From Promethearchaeota archaeon (lineage in GTDB: Archaea > Asgardarchaeota > Lokiarchaeia > Sigyniarchaeales > SOKP01), in contig RDOE01000051.1 in assembly GCA_011364975.1 (NCBI GenBank), forward strand, positions 1-25,626: 25,626 nucleotides of DNA. The letters are read 5' to 3'. The translations under genes were made by a program, and so were the position numbers. Every line of letters begins with the position of its first letter. The stretch's first letter is position 1. The notes beneath the pieces were generated by a model, which was not told the origin of the DNA, did not search any database, and saw nothing but the letters and a program-made list of their open reading frames with translations. Below, one piece after another: positions 8,607 to 18,990 of the stretch.

Positions 8607-8772
8607 AATCAGCACCCCTTCTTGTAGTATATCTTTACTTAAATTTCATTAATGCAGTTAAAGGTCTAGAAATAATTTTTGGATTAATAGTTGAAATAAT
8701 AATAAAACTTAAAGAAACGATATTTGAGTAATTAAATCAGAATTTGATAGACATATAAGGCAGAATATTAGT

Positions 8773-9936
8773 ATGAAAGCTCTATATTTCACTTCCAGCC
8801 TCCCTAGGTACAAAGGTGATTTTAAAGGGAGTTTTTTAGTTGATCAATTGAAATACCTGAAAGAATATGGTCTTGAATTAGAGATTATTACACCAAGATC
8901 TTATTATGACAGAATTTATGAAATTAATGGTTTTCCAATTAAAAGATTTCCGTACCTTCCTAGGAAATTAGAGAGAATCACCTTAAGAACAATTGAATCG
9001 TCAATTCGTATATCCCCTGAATGGATATTTTATCTTGGAGCTGCAACAAAAGAAATTCTTCGAAAAAGACCTAATATTATTCATTCCCATTGGATATTGC
9101 CTTTTGGTTTTGTTTCTTCTTTAAAAAAGACTATAGAACCCAAAATACCATTTGTTATAACCAGCCATGGACAAGACATTAATATACCTTGGAAAAATCC
9201 ATGGTATAGGGGTCCTCTCAATATAGCGTTCAAAAAGGCCGATAAAATAATTTTTGTAGCCAATCATCTTAAAGAAAAAGCAATTAAACTTGGACTAGAT
9301 GAAAAAAAGGCTGAGCTTATTCATCTAGGAATCGATGTGAACTACTTCAATCCAGATAGAACTTTCGATAAATCTAATCATCTTTCACAAATTAGTAAAA
9401 AAATCCCATCCCAAGTACCTGTTATTGGAACACTTTCTTCATTGATACCAAGAAAGAATGTACAAGATCTTCTAAAAGCAGTAAAACGAATCCATGATCA
9501 AATTGATTGTTATATAATTATTGGGGGAGAGGGAGAGGAAAAACAAGTTTTAGAGGAATTTTGTCAAAAAAACAATCTAAAAAACGTCTATTTTCCTGGA
9601 AAAATAAGAAGAGCTGATGTACCTTTATTTTTATCGTTATTTGATGTTTTTGTATTATCATCAGAGGGAGAGGGGTTAGCTACTGCTTTACAAGAGGCAA
9701 TGGCAATGAAAAATGTTCCTGTTGTGTCTGATTCGACTCAGTGTGATGAATTGATTACTCATGAAAAAAATGGATTGATATATCGTCATAATGATATTCA
9801 ATCGTTAGAAGAACAAATACTTAAAGCAATTAATAACAAGGATATTGGGGAAAAAGCAAGACAAACAATTAAAGAAGATTTTAATGTAGAAAAAACAACA
9901 AAGAAATTATTAAGATTATACCACTCACTGCAATAA
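8773..9936 (+). CDS. Glycosyltransferase family 4
   Basis: TSSLPRY...GSF, IIHSHW, VITSHGQD, LIPRKN, EGLATALQEAMA (EX7E). Confidence 0.93.
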   Translation: MKALYFTSSLPRYKGDFKGSFLVDQLKYLKEYGLELEIITPRSYYDRIYEINGFPIKRFPYLPRKLERITLRTIESSIRISPEWIFYLGAATKEILRKRPNIIHSHWILPFGFVSSLKKTIEPKIPFVITSHGQDINIPWKNPWYRGPLNIAFKKADKIIFVANHLKEKAIKLGLDEKKAELIHLGIDVNYFNPDRTFDKSNHLSQISKKIPSQVPVIGTLSSLIPRKNVQDLLKAVKRIHDQIDCYIIIGGEGEEKQVLEEFCQKNNLKNVYFPGKIRRADVPLFLSLFDVFVLSSEGEGLATALQEAMAMKNVPVVSDSTQCDELITHEKNGLIYRHNDIQSLEEQILKAINNKDIGEKARQTIKEDFNVEKTTKKLLRLYHSLQ

Positions 9937-10014
9937 ATAGTTGAAATTATTCCATCATTAATATTTCTCCATGAGAATGTTGAAGAACTTGTATAAAGGG
10001 AAGTATTACGATAT

Positions 10015-11469
10015 TTGCGCATCTCCTTATATAAAACCTCAAATAGTTACCCCCTATCTTTTTACCCTCCTAGATGCTACCCTGAATTTCGTGATTTGAA
10101 TATACACCCAAAAATGGATCCTGAAAATACAGTTTATGATGCAGTTCGGGAAACATTTTTCCTTTTAGGTTTTGACCGAAAGAATTATGGTTATTCATCT
10201 TGGAATCCCTTGAGCGAAATAATTTCAAAAGGGGATTCAGTTCTAATAAAGCCAAATTTAGTTAAACACAAACATAAAAATAGAAATGGTTCTCTTCTAG
10301 AGCTAATTACTCATCCATCTATCATTAAAGCAGTCATGGATTACGTTTTCTTAGCTTTGAAAGGAACTGGGGTAATATTATTAGGTGATGCTCCAATTCA
10401 AGAAGCTGATTTTGAAAAAATAAAAAAATGTTTAAAATTCGAAGAAATGATTTTGAATTATACTGGTTTTCCTGGTATTAAAGTTCATTTAATCGATTTC
10501 AGAAAAGAAAAAGCCCATAGAAAAGCATATGGAGCAATGAAACGAACGCCTATTGCAGGGGATCCTTCGGGTTATTCAATTATTAATTTGAGTAATAAAA
10601 GTCTATTGAATAAGTACTCTCATCATTATGAGAATTATAGGGTAACTAATTATGATAAAAAAAGAATGAAAACGTTCCACGCTGCAAATAAGCATGAATA
10701 TCTTATTGCGAATTCAGTTTTAAATTCTAATGTTATAATTACAATTCCAAAGCTGAAAACTCATAGAATAGTTGGGATTACATGTGCTTTAAAAAATACT
10801 GTTGGAATAATTGGCTCTAAAGATTGCTTACCACATTACCGGAAAGGACCAATTGAAAAAAATGGGGATGAATATCTCTATTCATCAAAACGCAAAAGCT
10901 TTCTATCAAACATAGACGAGATTCTAGGGAGCTCCAAAAATGGGTTCATATGTCGCATCCTTAACATAATGAAATGTTCTATTTATTTGAGCACAAGAAT
11001 AGTAAAATTCAAAGATCCGTTTATGAAAGGAAATTGGTATAAAAATGACACCATGGCTCGAACTGTGATTGATCTTAATTCAATTATCTTTTTTTATGAT
11101 AAGAACGGGAGGAACTTTTTTCCAGATGTTCAAAGAAAATTCTTGGTAATCACTGATGCTATAGTTTCAGGTGAAGGAGACGGGCCGTTAAACCCAACTA
11201 AGAAGGAAACTGGATTTATTATTGCCAGTAAGAGTTTTGTCCTGAATGATATCGCTGCTAGTTTTTTAATGGGTTTTGACTATAAAAAAATACCTCTCAT
11301 CAGGATTGCATTAAATTCACCTTTATATTTCGAAAAATTCAAAAATCTGTCAAAAATTCGGATAGAATCCAATCTTAGTGATCTAAATCTAATGTCAGAC
11401 ATAAAAAAACATTACAATTTTGAATTCCAACCTCCTAATGGTTGGCTAGGATATGTTGAATTAGAATAA
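10015..11469 (+). CDS. DUF362-domain protein
   Basis: VLIKPNLV, ITHPSIIKAV, GDAP, IPKLKTH..GITCALKN.VG, DCLPHYR.G, GEGDGPL.P; TTG start. Confidence 0.82.
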   Translation: MRISLYKTSNSYPLSFYPPRCYPEFRDLNIHPKMDPENTVYDAVRETFFLLGFDRKNYGYSSWNPLSEIISKGDSVLIKPNLVKHKHKNRNGSLLELITHPSIIKAVMDYVFLALKGTGVILLGDAPIQEADFEKIKKCLKFEEMILNYTGFPGIKVHLIDFRKEKAHRKAYGAMKRTPIAGDPSGYSIINLSNKSLLNKYSHHYENYRVTNYDKKRMKTFHAANKHEYLIANSVLNSNVIITIPKLKTHRIVGITCALKNTVGIIGSKDCLPHYRKGPIEKNGDEYLYSSKRKSFLSNIDEILGSSKNGFICRILNIMKCSIYLSTRIVKFKDPFMKGNWYKNDTMARTVIDLNSIIFFYDKNGRNFFPDVQRKFLVITDAIVSGEGDGPLNPTKKETGFIIASKSFVLNDIAASFLMGFDYKKIPLIRIALNSPLYFEKFKNLSKIRIESNLSDLNLMSDIKKHYNFEFQPPNGWLGYVELE

Positions 11470-11582
11470 TTCAAAAAGGCATAAGATAACCTGTCAACAA
11501 GATTTACTTACTAAAGAAACGACTAAAAAGATAAATAAATATCAAATTATAATAAAACATTACATTTTAGGGAGTCTATTCA

Positions 11583-12767
11583 TTGGTAACAATCTGTTAT
11601 GTTCTTTGGCAATTCAAGTCCCCGAAAAATTTCTATTCAATGGGAGGATCAGAAAAACAACTACTACGAGTAGTTAATGAGTTGAAAAAAAATTATTATA
11701 AATATCAAGTAATAATTGTAGCTAGAAAGGCAAAAAATGATCTTTCATTTGAAAAAGTGTCTCCAAAAATAAAAATTTATAGACTCTTTTCGACTGAGAT
11801 TCCCATTCTCTCAATGATGTTATTTATGATTTCTTTACCAATTTTTCTAATCCATTATCATCTTCGATTTCGAATAAGTGTTATTCATCTCCAGCTTCCA
11901 GATTTCTTTCTCCTGAGTCTTTTATTGGTTCGATATATAACCAAAATACCTATAATAACAAGAATTGCAGCAAATGAATTAAATTTAATCACTTTTCATG
12001 GTATTTGGTATAATGCAAGACGATTCATGCGCTCATTAATTTTACAGACAGATGCAATACACACTCTCAATCCTACAGCTTTTAATAACTCTTTTGAGCT
12101 AGGCTTTTCTGTTAAAAACCTTTATTTAATCCCCAATGGAGTAAACGTTCCAGTTGATTCAAAAAACTACAAATCTTTGAAGAGACAAATATTATACGTG
12201 GGAGCGATGAGAAATTTCCCCAAGAAAATGAATAAGGAACAAAAAAATTTGAAATATCTGATAAAAGCATTTTCCTTATTGATTAAATATGAACCTGATA
12301 TCAAATTATTGATGATTGGAGACGGGAATTATAAGAGGATTTTAGAAAATTTCGTTAACGAAAATAAGGAAATCAAGGGTAAAGTTTTTTTCTATGGGTA
12401 TCATTCAAAAATAATCCCCTTTTACAGAGAATGTGATATATTAATCAATCCCTCTTATTTTGAAGGATTGCCAAATGTAGTTATCGAAGCAATGGCATAT
12501 GGAATGTATGTTTTATGCAGCTCGATCCCCGCTCATCAGTTTCTTATTGGAGGAAATAATCTCTATGGAGATATGTTTAATCATGAAAACATAAATGATC
12601 TCGTTAACAAAATAATTAAATTCTATGAAGAACCTGATATATTCATTAAAAAAGCCACTAACGCTCGCAATTTAATAATTAAGAAGTTTTCTATCTCAAT
12701 TATCGTAAAAAAATTACTTTTAATGTATAAAAAAGTTACCTCTAATATAAAAATAGATCCAAGTTGA
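11583..12767 (+). CDS. Glycosyltransferase family 4
   Basis: GGSEKQ, LIPNGV, ILYVG, IGDG, EGLPNVVIEAMAYG (EX7E); TTG start with AGGGAG upstream. Confidence 0.93.
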   Translation: MVTICYVLWQFKSPKNFYSMGGSEKQLLRVVNELKKNYYKYQVIIVARKAKNDLSFEKVSPKIKIYRLFSTEIPILSMMLFMISLPIFLIHYHLRFRISVIHLQLPDFFLLSLLLVRYITKIPIITRIAANELNLITFHGIWYNARRFMRSLILQTDAIHTLNPTAFNNSFELGFSVKNLYLIPNGVNVPVDSKNYKSLKRQILYVGAMRNFPKKMNKEQKNLKYLIKAFSLLIKYEPDIKLLMIGDGNYKRILENFVNENKEIKGKVFFYGYHSKIIPFYRECDILINPSYFEGLPNVVIEAMAYGMYVLCSSIPAHQFLIGGNNLYGDMFNHENINDLVNKIIKFYEEPDIFIKKATNARNLIIKKFSISIIVKKLLLMYKKVTSNIKIDPS

Positions 12768-12820
12768 GGTTTCGAAACTGAGGAAAAAAATACATTAATT
12801 TTATAGATTTTCCTGAATTT

Positions 12821-14278
12821 GTGTCAAAAATTCCAAGAGATTTAAAATACTTTTCAACAGGCACCTTTTATCTAATGCTATCTAGTGTACTGGGATTTAG
12901 CCTCAGATTAATTTCAAGGATAGTAATCGCAAGATACTCTTCTGTAGAAGTTTATGGAATGTTTAGTATTATTTGGTCAGAAGCCAATTTTATTAGTATA
13001 TTGGCGTTATTTGGGCTTGGTCAGCAATTGACAATTGTTTTACCGAGAAAATTAAAGAACGATCAGTCAAAAATGATTATTTCATCAGGATTTTATGTAA
13101 TAGTTATTGGTCTGTTTTTTTATTTCTTCTCCTTAATTTTAAACTCCTTTGAAGATGTATTTACCTTGAAGTATTCTACTCTTATTTCATCCTTTTTTAT
13201 TCTATTCTTGCTATTCCAGTTCATATATGTGGGGCTTAAAGATTTTTTAGGCTATTTTTTACTCAATATGACTCAGAACCTTTTTTTCTTCATTTTTGTG
13301 GTGTTCTATAGAACGAGTCTCAGTCCAAATAATCTTGTTTCTTTATTGATAATTAGTATAATTGTTTCGACTTGTACAGGGATTATTTATTTAATCAAGA
13401 CACATAAGATAAATTCTTCACTACAAGATATATATAGCTTCAGTTTTATAAGAATTGATAGAAATCGTTTTTATCTTTTTAGTGCGGATATTGTTAATAA
13501 TTCAATCCTTTATTTAGTTTTGAAGATACCAGAAATTGTATTTAATGATTTATCAATTCCTGCCTATATTAGTGTTGCATTTTCCATATTAGCAATTCTC
13601 ATATTGCCATCTCAAATGATCTCTACAGTTATGGCTCCACTTATATCCGAACAAGTTACAAAAAGAAAAAAAGAAGAACTTACTTCAACATTTGGATTTA
13701 CTTTAACCTTTATCTTTGTACTACAGGGATTAACAATAATTGGATCTTTCTGTTTCGGAGATATGATAATATCAATTTATGGTTCAGGGTATTTACTGAA
13801 TTCTTTCATGCTTTTTCAGATTTTACTTTTTGCTACAACAATCGACTCACTAAATTATGCATATAAATTTCTTGTTCGTAATACTAATCACGAAAATTTA
13901 TTTGCTGCAGGAAAGTGGCTTTCCCTTATAATATATCTTATTCTTCAATTAGTATTTAGCTTTATTCTAGATAAAAAGGGATTTAGTGTTGTTTTTGCAT
14001 ATACAGGTTATATAATTGCTCAATTTTTGTTCTATTTCCTAGTTATATATAAATTAAACATACTTTCGAGTAATTATAATTCAATGAGGATAAGTATGTG
14101 GTTAATTTTCTTATTTTTCAGTTCCTTATTGGTGTTTAATATATCCATTAATACATTTACGATCATAGAAAGGTTTCTTGTCTTTTTTTTGAATTCATGT
14201 CTTTTTATTGTCTATTTACAAATATTTAGAGTTATAAATTTAAAATCAATTATGATTCGATACAGATTCTTTTTCTAA
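12821..14278 (+). CDS. Wzx/MOP-superfamily oligosaccharide flippase
   Basis: 485 aa with about 12-14 hydrophobic segments; N-terminal RIVIARYSSVEVYGMFS...LFGL and a P.IS motif typical of polysaccharide flippases; glycosyltransferase-cluster context. Confidence 0.82.
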   Translation: MSKIPRDLKYFSTGTFYLMLSSVLGFSLRLISRIVIARYSSVEVYGMFSIIWSEANFISILALFGLGQQLTIVLPRKLKNDQSKMIISSGFYVIVIGLFFYFFSLILNSFEDVFTLKYSTLISSFFILFLLFQFIYVGLKDFLGYFLLNMTQNLFFFIFVVFYRTSLSPNNLVSLLIISIIVSTCTGIIYLIKTHKINSSLQDIYSFSFIRIDRNRFYLFSADIVNNSILYLVLKIPEIVFNDLSIPAYISVAFSILAILILPSQMISTVMAPLISEQVTKRKKEELTSTFGFTLTFIFVLQGLTIIGSFCFGDMIISIYGSGYLLNSFMLFQILLFATTIDSLNYAYKFLVRNTNHENLFAAGKWLSLIIYLILQLVFSFILDKKGFSVVFAYTGYIIAQFLFYFLVIYKLNILSSNYNSMRISMWLIFLFFSSLLVFNISINTFTIIERFLVFFLNSCLFIVYLQIFRVINLKSIMIRYRFFF

Positions 14279-14403
14279 AACCATTTATAGAATTAAATTT
14301 TATTAGATTAATCAAGTTACGCTAAAATAATAAGATAAATCTATTTCTATTTAAACATCCAAATTAGGTGTGTGAAGTATTCTATTTGAAGTGTCGTTTA
14401 AAT

Positions 14404-17400
14404 ATGCAAATGAAAAGGGGTCTTTATCCCCTTATGCTTATTGTATTCTTTTTACCTTTAATAGCACTATTATCTCTCGAATTGAACACTACATCATATG
14501 ATGATTCATCGAATATTTATATGCACACCATTCAATTAAAGGAAGAAGATACACCTAGAATCTTTCAATCTAGCCTAATTATACATGATGATCAAATAAT
14601 AATTGATGGAAATTTAGATTTCCATAACACTGCAACAATAAAAGGATGGTCAGGAGACGGTTCTAAAGAAAATCCATATTTAGTGAAATCTATTACTGTA
14701 AATGCATCTGAAATAATGATAAGTATTAAAAATACAAATTTATTCTTCAGAGTAAGGAATTTTCTTCTTTCAGGCGGGAAAAAGGGGATTTATCTTGAAA
14801 ATATATCGAATGGAGAAATTAGTGATTGTGTAATTGAGAATGTTGCCTACGGTATTCAGATATTATCCTCAAATAACTGCTCATTATTAAATAACACAAT
14901 TAAATCATGTAGATATTATGGAATACACGTAGGAAACAATAATCAGACTTCTGTTATATCTAATAATATAAATATGACTGGAAATTCAATAAGCTTATGT
15001 CAGAAGAGTGGAATAAACTTCGTTTGTTCTGATGGTAATCTAGTTATGTATAACTACATTTCTGAAAACGAAAATGGGATTCATCTATCATCCTCTCATA
15101 TGAATTATTTCATTCATAACAGGATATACAATAACTTAAGGAGCGGGATTTTATTAGAAGAATCAGGAAATAATACTATTTTAAATAATAATTTTAGAAA
15201 GAATGGATTATTGATAAGTGGCTCGCTACTTAAATATTATATCCAAACTTCAATCAGCGGAAATACGGTCAATGATTTTCCATTAGTCTATTTGATGAAT
15301 GACGTGGTGAATAAAGCCATTCCAGAAAATTCTAGCCAAGTATTTATTATAAATAGCTCAAATTTTCAAATTTCTGGATTGAGAATTTTTGAATCTACTG
15401 TAGGAATATCAGTTGCTTATAGCTCAAATTTTTCCTTATTGAATAATTATATTACGCAAAACAATAAATTTGGAATGTCATTGTATTTATCAAAAAATTT
15501 TACTTTGTACAACAATTCTCTACATTTTAATTTATTAGGACTTCAGATTAAAAATTCGAGCAACTACTTAATTTCTAAGAATTCTTTAATTAATAATGAA
15601 CACGCTTATTTTGAAACATTTTCTTCTAATTGTACAATTTATTCAAATATAGTATCACATAATACTCATGAAGGGATTTATCTTAATGAGAGTAGGGGCC
15701 TCACTATCTCAGCCAATTTTATATCCAATAACGAAAATGGGTTGGTTTTATCGGCATCTAATCAGAATACTGTATCAAACAATTTCATTTACGATAATAT
15801 AAATGGTATACAGCTTTTTCGATCCCATAATAATACACTTTTTGGCAATTCAATATTTAATAATAAAATAAATGGTATGTATATATTCCTTTGTGAAAAT
15901 AGCTCAATTCAAAATAACTATTTTATAGAAACTGGTATATACATAATTGGGTCAAACTATGATCATTATTCTCAATCTACAATAGTAGGGAATTTATTAA
16001 ATGCAGCTCCAATAATCTATTGGGTTGAAATAAAAGATAAAAGGGTCCCAGTAAACATAGGTCAAATAATTCTTGTTAATTGTTCATCAATTACCATCAG
16101 CGATGTCTCTTTGAGTAAAACGGCCATAGGTATAATAATTGGTTATTGTCAGAATATTACTGTAATATATAGTGAAATCAATAATAACCAAGATGGTATT
16201 CATATAATAAATTCAACAAAGATAATTTTATACAAGAATAAAATAAATCAAAATTCGGGCTGTGGAATCTCTCTTGAATCATCAACCAATTGCACAATTG
16301 AAAATAATAGTGTTATCGATAATGATATAGGAATAAAATTAAGTTATTCTGCAAATAATACTTTAATTAATAATTACTTGAGAAATAATGGTCTTTCAAT
16401 TATTGGAAACAATATTGCGCATTATTTGCAAACCAGCGTTAAGAATAATGAGATTCAAGGTAAGGATATAATCTATTGGCGAAATAAAAACAATATTACT
16501 TTATCGGGAAACATTGCTCAGATCTTTTTGATTAATTGTAGTCGTATTCAAGTTGAAGGACTAAAGGTATCAGGAGTTCCAATATTTTTATTAGCCATTC
16601 AATGCTCTAATCTATATATTTCTGAGAACTTTATTCTACGAAATCACGAGGGTATAAAATTAGTAAATGTTACAAATAGCTCATTGTGTAATAATGTTAT
16701 AGCTTGGAACAGAGAAAATGGAGTGAAGATTGTAAACTCTAGCTTTAATTATTTCTACAATAATTCATTCTCATATAATCTTTTTGGCATTATCATAGAC
16801 AATTCAACAAATAATATATTTTCAATAAATTCAATTTATTCCAATGCTGTTTCTGGAATTAAAATAATATCCTCCAACAGAAATGTATTTAAGAATATTA
16901 GTTTTAGTAAAAATGGTTTTTATGGTATTTATTTGGATTTCTCGGCATTTAATATAATAAAAGAGAATAATTTCATTAACAATAACCTTGATGCCCCCTC
17001 TCAAGCTATTGATTATGCTGGTGTAAATAATACATTTATATACAATTACTGGAATGATTGGACCAAACCTGATATGGATCTTGATGGTATTGTAGATTAT
17101 TATTATGAGGTTTCTGGATCATCACATTCAATTGATCCATTACCATCTGCGAATCCCTATAAAGTCGAACTATACCTACTAGATTCATTTCCTTGCATCC
17201 TTACCCCTTCTGGGGGAGAAATTATTAATGATATTGCTGATGTAAAATGGACAATTGCCACAAGTCCTTCTGATACACAAGTTAACTATTCAATTTTTTA
17301 TTCAACTGATTTAGGTATGACATGGAACTTTCTAGTAGCAAATTTAAACTCAAATTATTCATGGAATACTAGAGATGTGCATCATAGTTCTAATTGCTTA

Positions 17401-18963
17401 ATTAAAATCGTTGCTTATGATTCCGAGGGTCTCTTGGGATTTGATGTATCTAAAAATAGTTTTATTATTGATAACACTTTTCCATACAAAGGATTTACAC
17501 TGACGAAGGTAGCTATTGGGGCAACTTTAGTATTTTTTTTGATTTTTGGGTTTATAACTATTTATAAACCTCTTAACAACTTTTCTTATCCCGCCAAATC
17601 AAGAAAGACTTCTTTCTTCAAAAAAATAGATAACCTATTGAGTAAATTGAACATTTATTTTCAAAATTTAAAATGGATAATCATTGCAGTGCTTTCAACT
17701 CTCCTTCTTTCCTTTTTAAGAGCTTGGTTAATTGACCCTAATCTTGTAGTTAGTGATGGGTATGTAAATTATGCCCACCATATGAAAAACCTGCTTTTTA
17801 ATTGGGAATATGAAATTGATAAATATGCCAAAGAACCGCACCAATTTAGGATAGTTTATCCCTTATTAGTTGCTAGTATTTCGTTGTTGTTCCCATTTAT
17901 GGAATATATTTCAATTGGTAGGATTATTTCGATTATATCTTTCCTATTGAGCATTATATATTTCTCTAAAATCTTAGAACGATTTGACATTGCTTCGAAA
18001 AAGATAACTCGAGATAGAATTTGTATTATTTTTATTCTTAATCCGACAATAATAACAAATGCTATTCGATTTGAGACAGATATACTTTTTCTTTGTTTAA
18101 TGTTGTATGCTTTTCATCAATATTTAACATTACGGGAAAATACAAGGTCTATTTTGATTCAAAAGTTGAATTTTATTTCTGTATCAAGTTTACTAGTTTT
18201 TACAAGAGAAGTGGGTATAATCTTCATTTTTGCAGTATTTTTAATGAAATTCGTGTCTAGTTCAAAGTTTTTTAAAATCTCGATTTTATTGATGTCTGGA
18301 ATTTTAATTTTAGTAGGTTATTGGTTGAGTTTAACAAATAAGGTTCTGTTTTATCTTGTTTGGACCGTAAGTAATTATGATTATGCTTATAATCTAATTT
18401 ACAATGGCAATTGGTTTATTTTAATTGAATTATTAATCAATAAATTCCTTGATCAATATTATTTATTAAAAACATTCGAATCTTTATTCTATACGTTTTT
18501 TCCGAGCATTATATTTGTTTTAATCGGATTTGGGAGATTTTATTATAATCAATCCAAAAAAAAGAGGAAATTATTGATACAAAATGTATTTTCAGTTTTT
18601 TTTATTTTCTATGTTCTATCTTACATTTTTCTAAAGGCTGGAAGAGGATTAGATAGATTCTGGATACCGTTGATTCCCCTTTCCCTGCTATATATAGCTT
18701 ACACTTATGATCTCGGATCAATCAAGCTTCAAGTTTCATGCATTTTAAACAGAACCTATTTAAGTATGTTTAAAAATAGAAAAACTGCTTCTTTTCATTC
18801 TGATGGCATGATTGAGAAATCAATGGATATTTTTGGGCTTCCTCCCTCTGAATTTCCCTCTAGTACGTTTTATTTTATTTGCTTAACACAAATAATAATC
18901 TTTGTTTTACGAATTGTGCTTTCCTTAATTAATACCGGTATACTTCCTGTATACAATTATTAA
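14404..18963 (+). CDS. Large surface protein: signal/anchor helix + NosD/CASH parallel beta-helix repeats + Ig-like domain + C-terminal polytopic GT-C-like domain
   Basis: MKRGLYPLMLIVFFLPLIALL leader; IDGNLDF...GWSGDGSKENPY cap; many GI.L..S.NN.I.NN.I repeats; NYWND...DMDLDG cap; PSGGE..W Ig-like unit; then roughly 10 or more TM segments. Start is probably ATG 14404 or 14410 (ORF track gives GTG 14368). Confidence 0.85.
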   Translation: MQMKRGLYPLMLIVFFLPLIALLSLELNTTSYDDSSNIYMHTIQLKEEDTPRIFQSSLIIHDDQIIIDGNLDFHNTATIKGWSGDGSKENPYLVKSITVNASEIMISIKNTNLFFRVRNFLLSGGKKGIYLENISNGEISDCVIENVAYGIQILSSNNCSLLNNTIKSCRYYGIHVGNNNQTSVISNNINMTGNSISLCQKSGINFVCSDGNLVMYNYISENENGIHLSSSHMNYFIHNRIYNNLRSGILLEESGNNTILNNNFRKNGLLISGSLLKYYIQTSISGNTVNDFPLVYLMNDVVNKAIPENSSQVFIINSSNFQISGLRIFESTVGISVAYSSNFSLLNNYITQNNKFGMSLYLSKNFTLYNNSLHFNLLGLQIKNSSNYLISKNSLINNEHAYFETFSSNCTIYSNIVSHNTHEGIYLNESRGLTISANFISNNENGLVLSASNQNTVSNNFIYDNINGIQLFRSHNNTLFGNSIFNNKINGMYIFLCENSSIQNNYFIETGIYIIGSNYDHYSQSTIVGNLLNAAPIIYWVEIKDKRVPVNIGQIILVNCSSITISDVSLSKTAIGIIIGYCQNITVIYSEINNNQDGIHIINSTKIILYKNKINQNSGCGISLESSTNCTIENNSVIDNDIGIKLSYSANNTLINNYLRNNGLSIIGNNIAHYLQTSVKNNEIQGKDIIYWRNKNNITLSGNIAQIFLINCSRIQVEGLKVSGVPIFLLAIQCSNLYISENFILRNHEGIKLVNVTNSSLCNNVIAWNRENGVKIVNSSFNYFYNNSFSYNLFGIIIDNSTNNIFSINSIYSNAVSGIKIISSNRNVFKNISFSKNGFYGIYLDFSAFNIIKENNFINNNLDAPSQAIDYAGVNNTFIYNYWNDWTKPDMDLDGIVDYYYEVSGSSHSIDPLPSANPYKVELYLLDSFPCILTPSGGEIINDIADVKWTIATSPSDTQVNYSIFYSTDLGMTWNFLVANLNSNYSWNTRDVHHSSNCLIKIVAYDSEGLLGFDVSKNSFIIDNTFPYKGFTLTKVAIGATLVFFLIFGFITIYKPLNNFSYPAKSRKTSFFKKIDNLLSKLNIYFQNLKWIIIAVLSTLLLSFLRAWLIDPNLVVSDGYVNYAHHMKNLLFNWEYEIDKYAKEPHQFRIVYPLLVASISLLFPFMEYISIGRIISIISFLLSIIYFSKILERFDIASKKITRDRICIIFILNPTIITNAIRFETDILFLCLMLYAFHQYLTLRENTRSILIQKLNFISVSSLLVFTREVGIIFIFAVFLMKFVSSSKFFKISILLMSGILILVGYWLSLTNKVLFYLVWTVSNYDYAYNLIYNGNWFILIELLINKFLDQYYLLKTFESLFYTFFPSIIFVLIGFGRFYYNQSKKKRKLLIQNVFSVFFIFYVLSYIFLKAGRGLDRFWIPLIPLSLLYIAYTYDLGSIKLQVSCILNRTYLSMFKNRKTASFHSDGMIEKSMDIFGLPPSEFPSSTFYFICLTQIIIFVLRIVLSLINTGILPVYNY

Positions 18964-18990
18964 ATATCGTTGTATTTCTATCAAAATTGA

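Noticed and set aside
4009-10255. Short minus-strand ORFs (4009, 6344, 6650, 9081, 9798, 10070)
   Set aside because: They overlap conserved plus-strand genes and show no protein-family signal.
12769-12778. Palindrome GTTTCGAAAC after the GT4 stop as a terminator
   Set aside because: Too short and lacks a following U-tract.
14404-17160. NosD as evidence for nitrous-oxide reduction, or the high sequon count as proof of glycosylation
   Set aside because: No nos genes are nearby and the fold is a generic beta-helix. Asn ladders generate N-x-S/T patterns compositionally.
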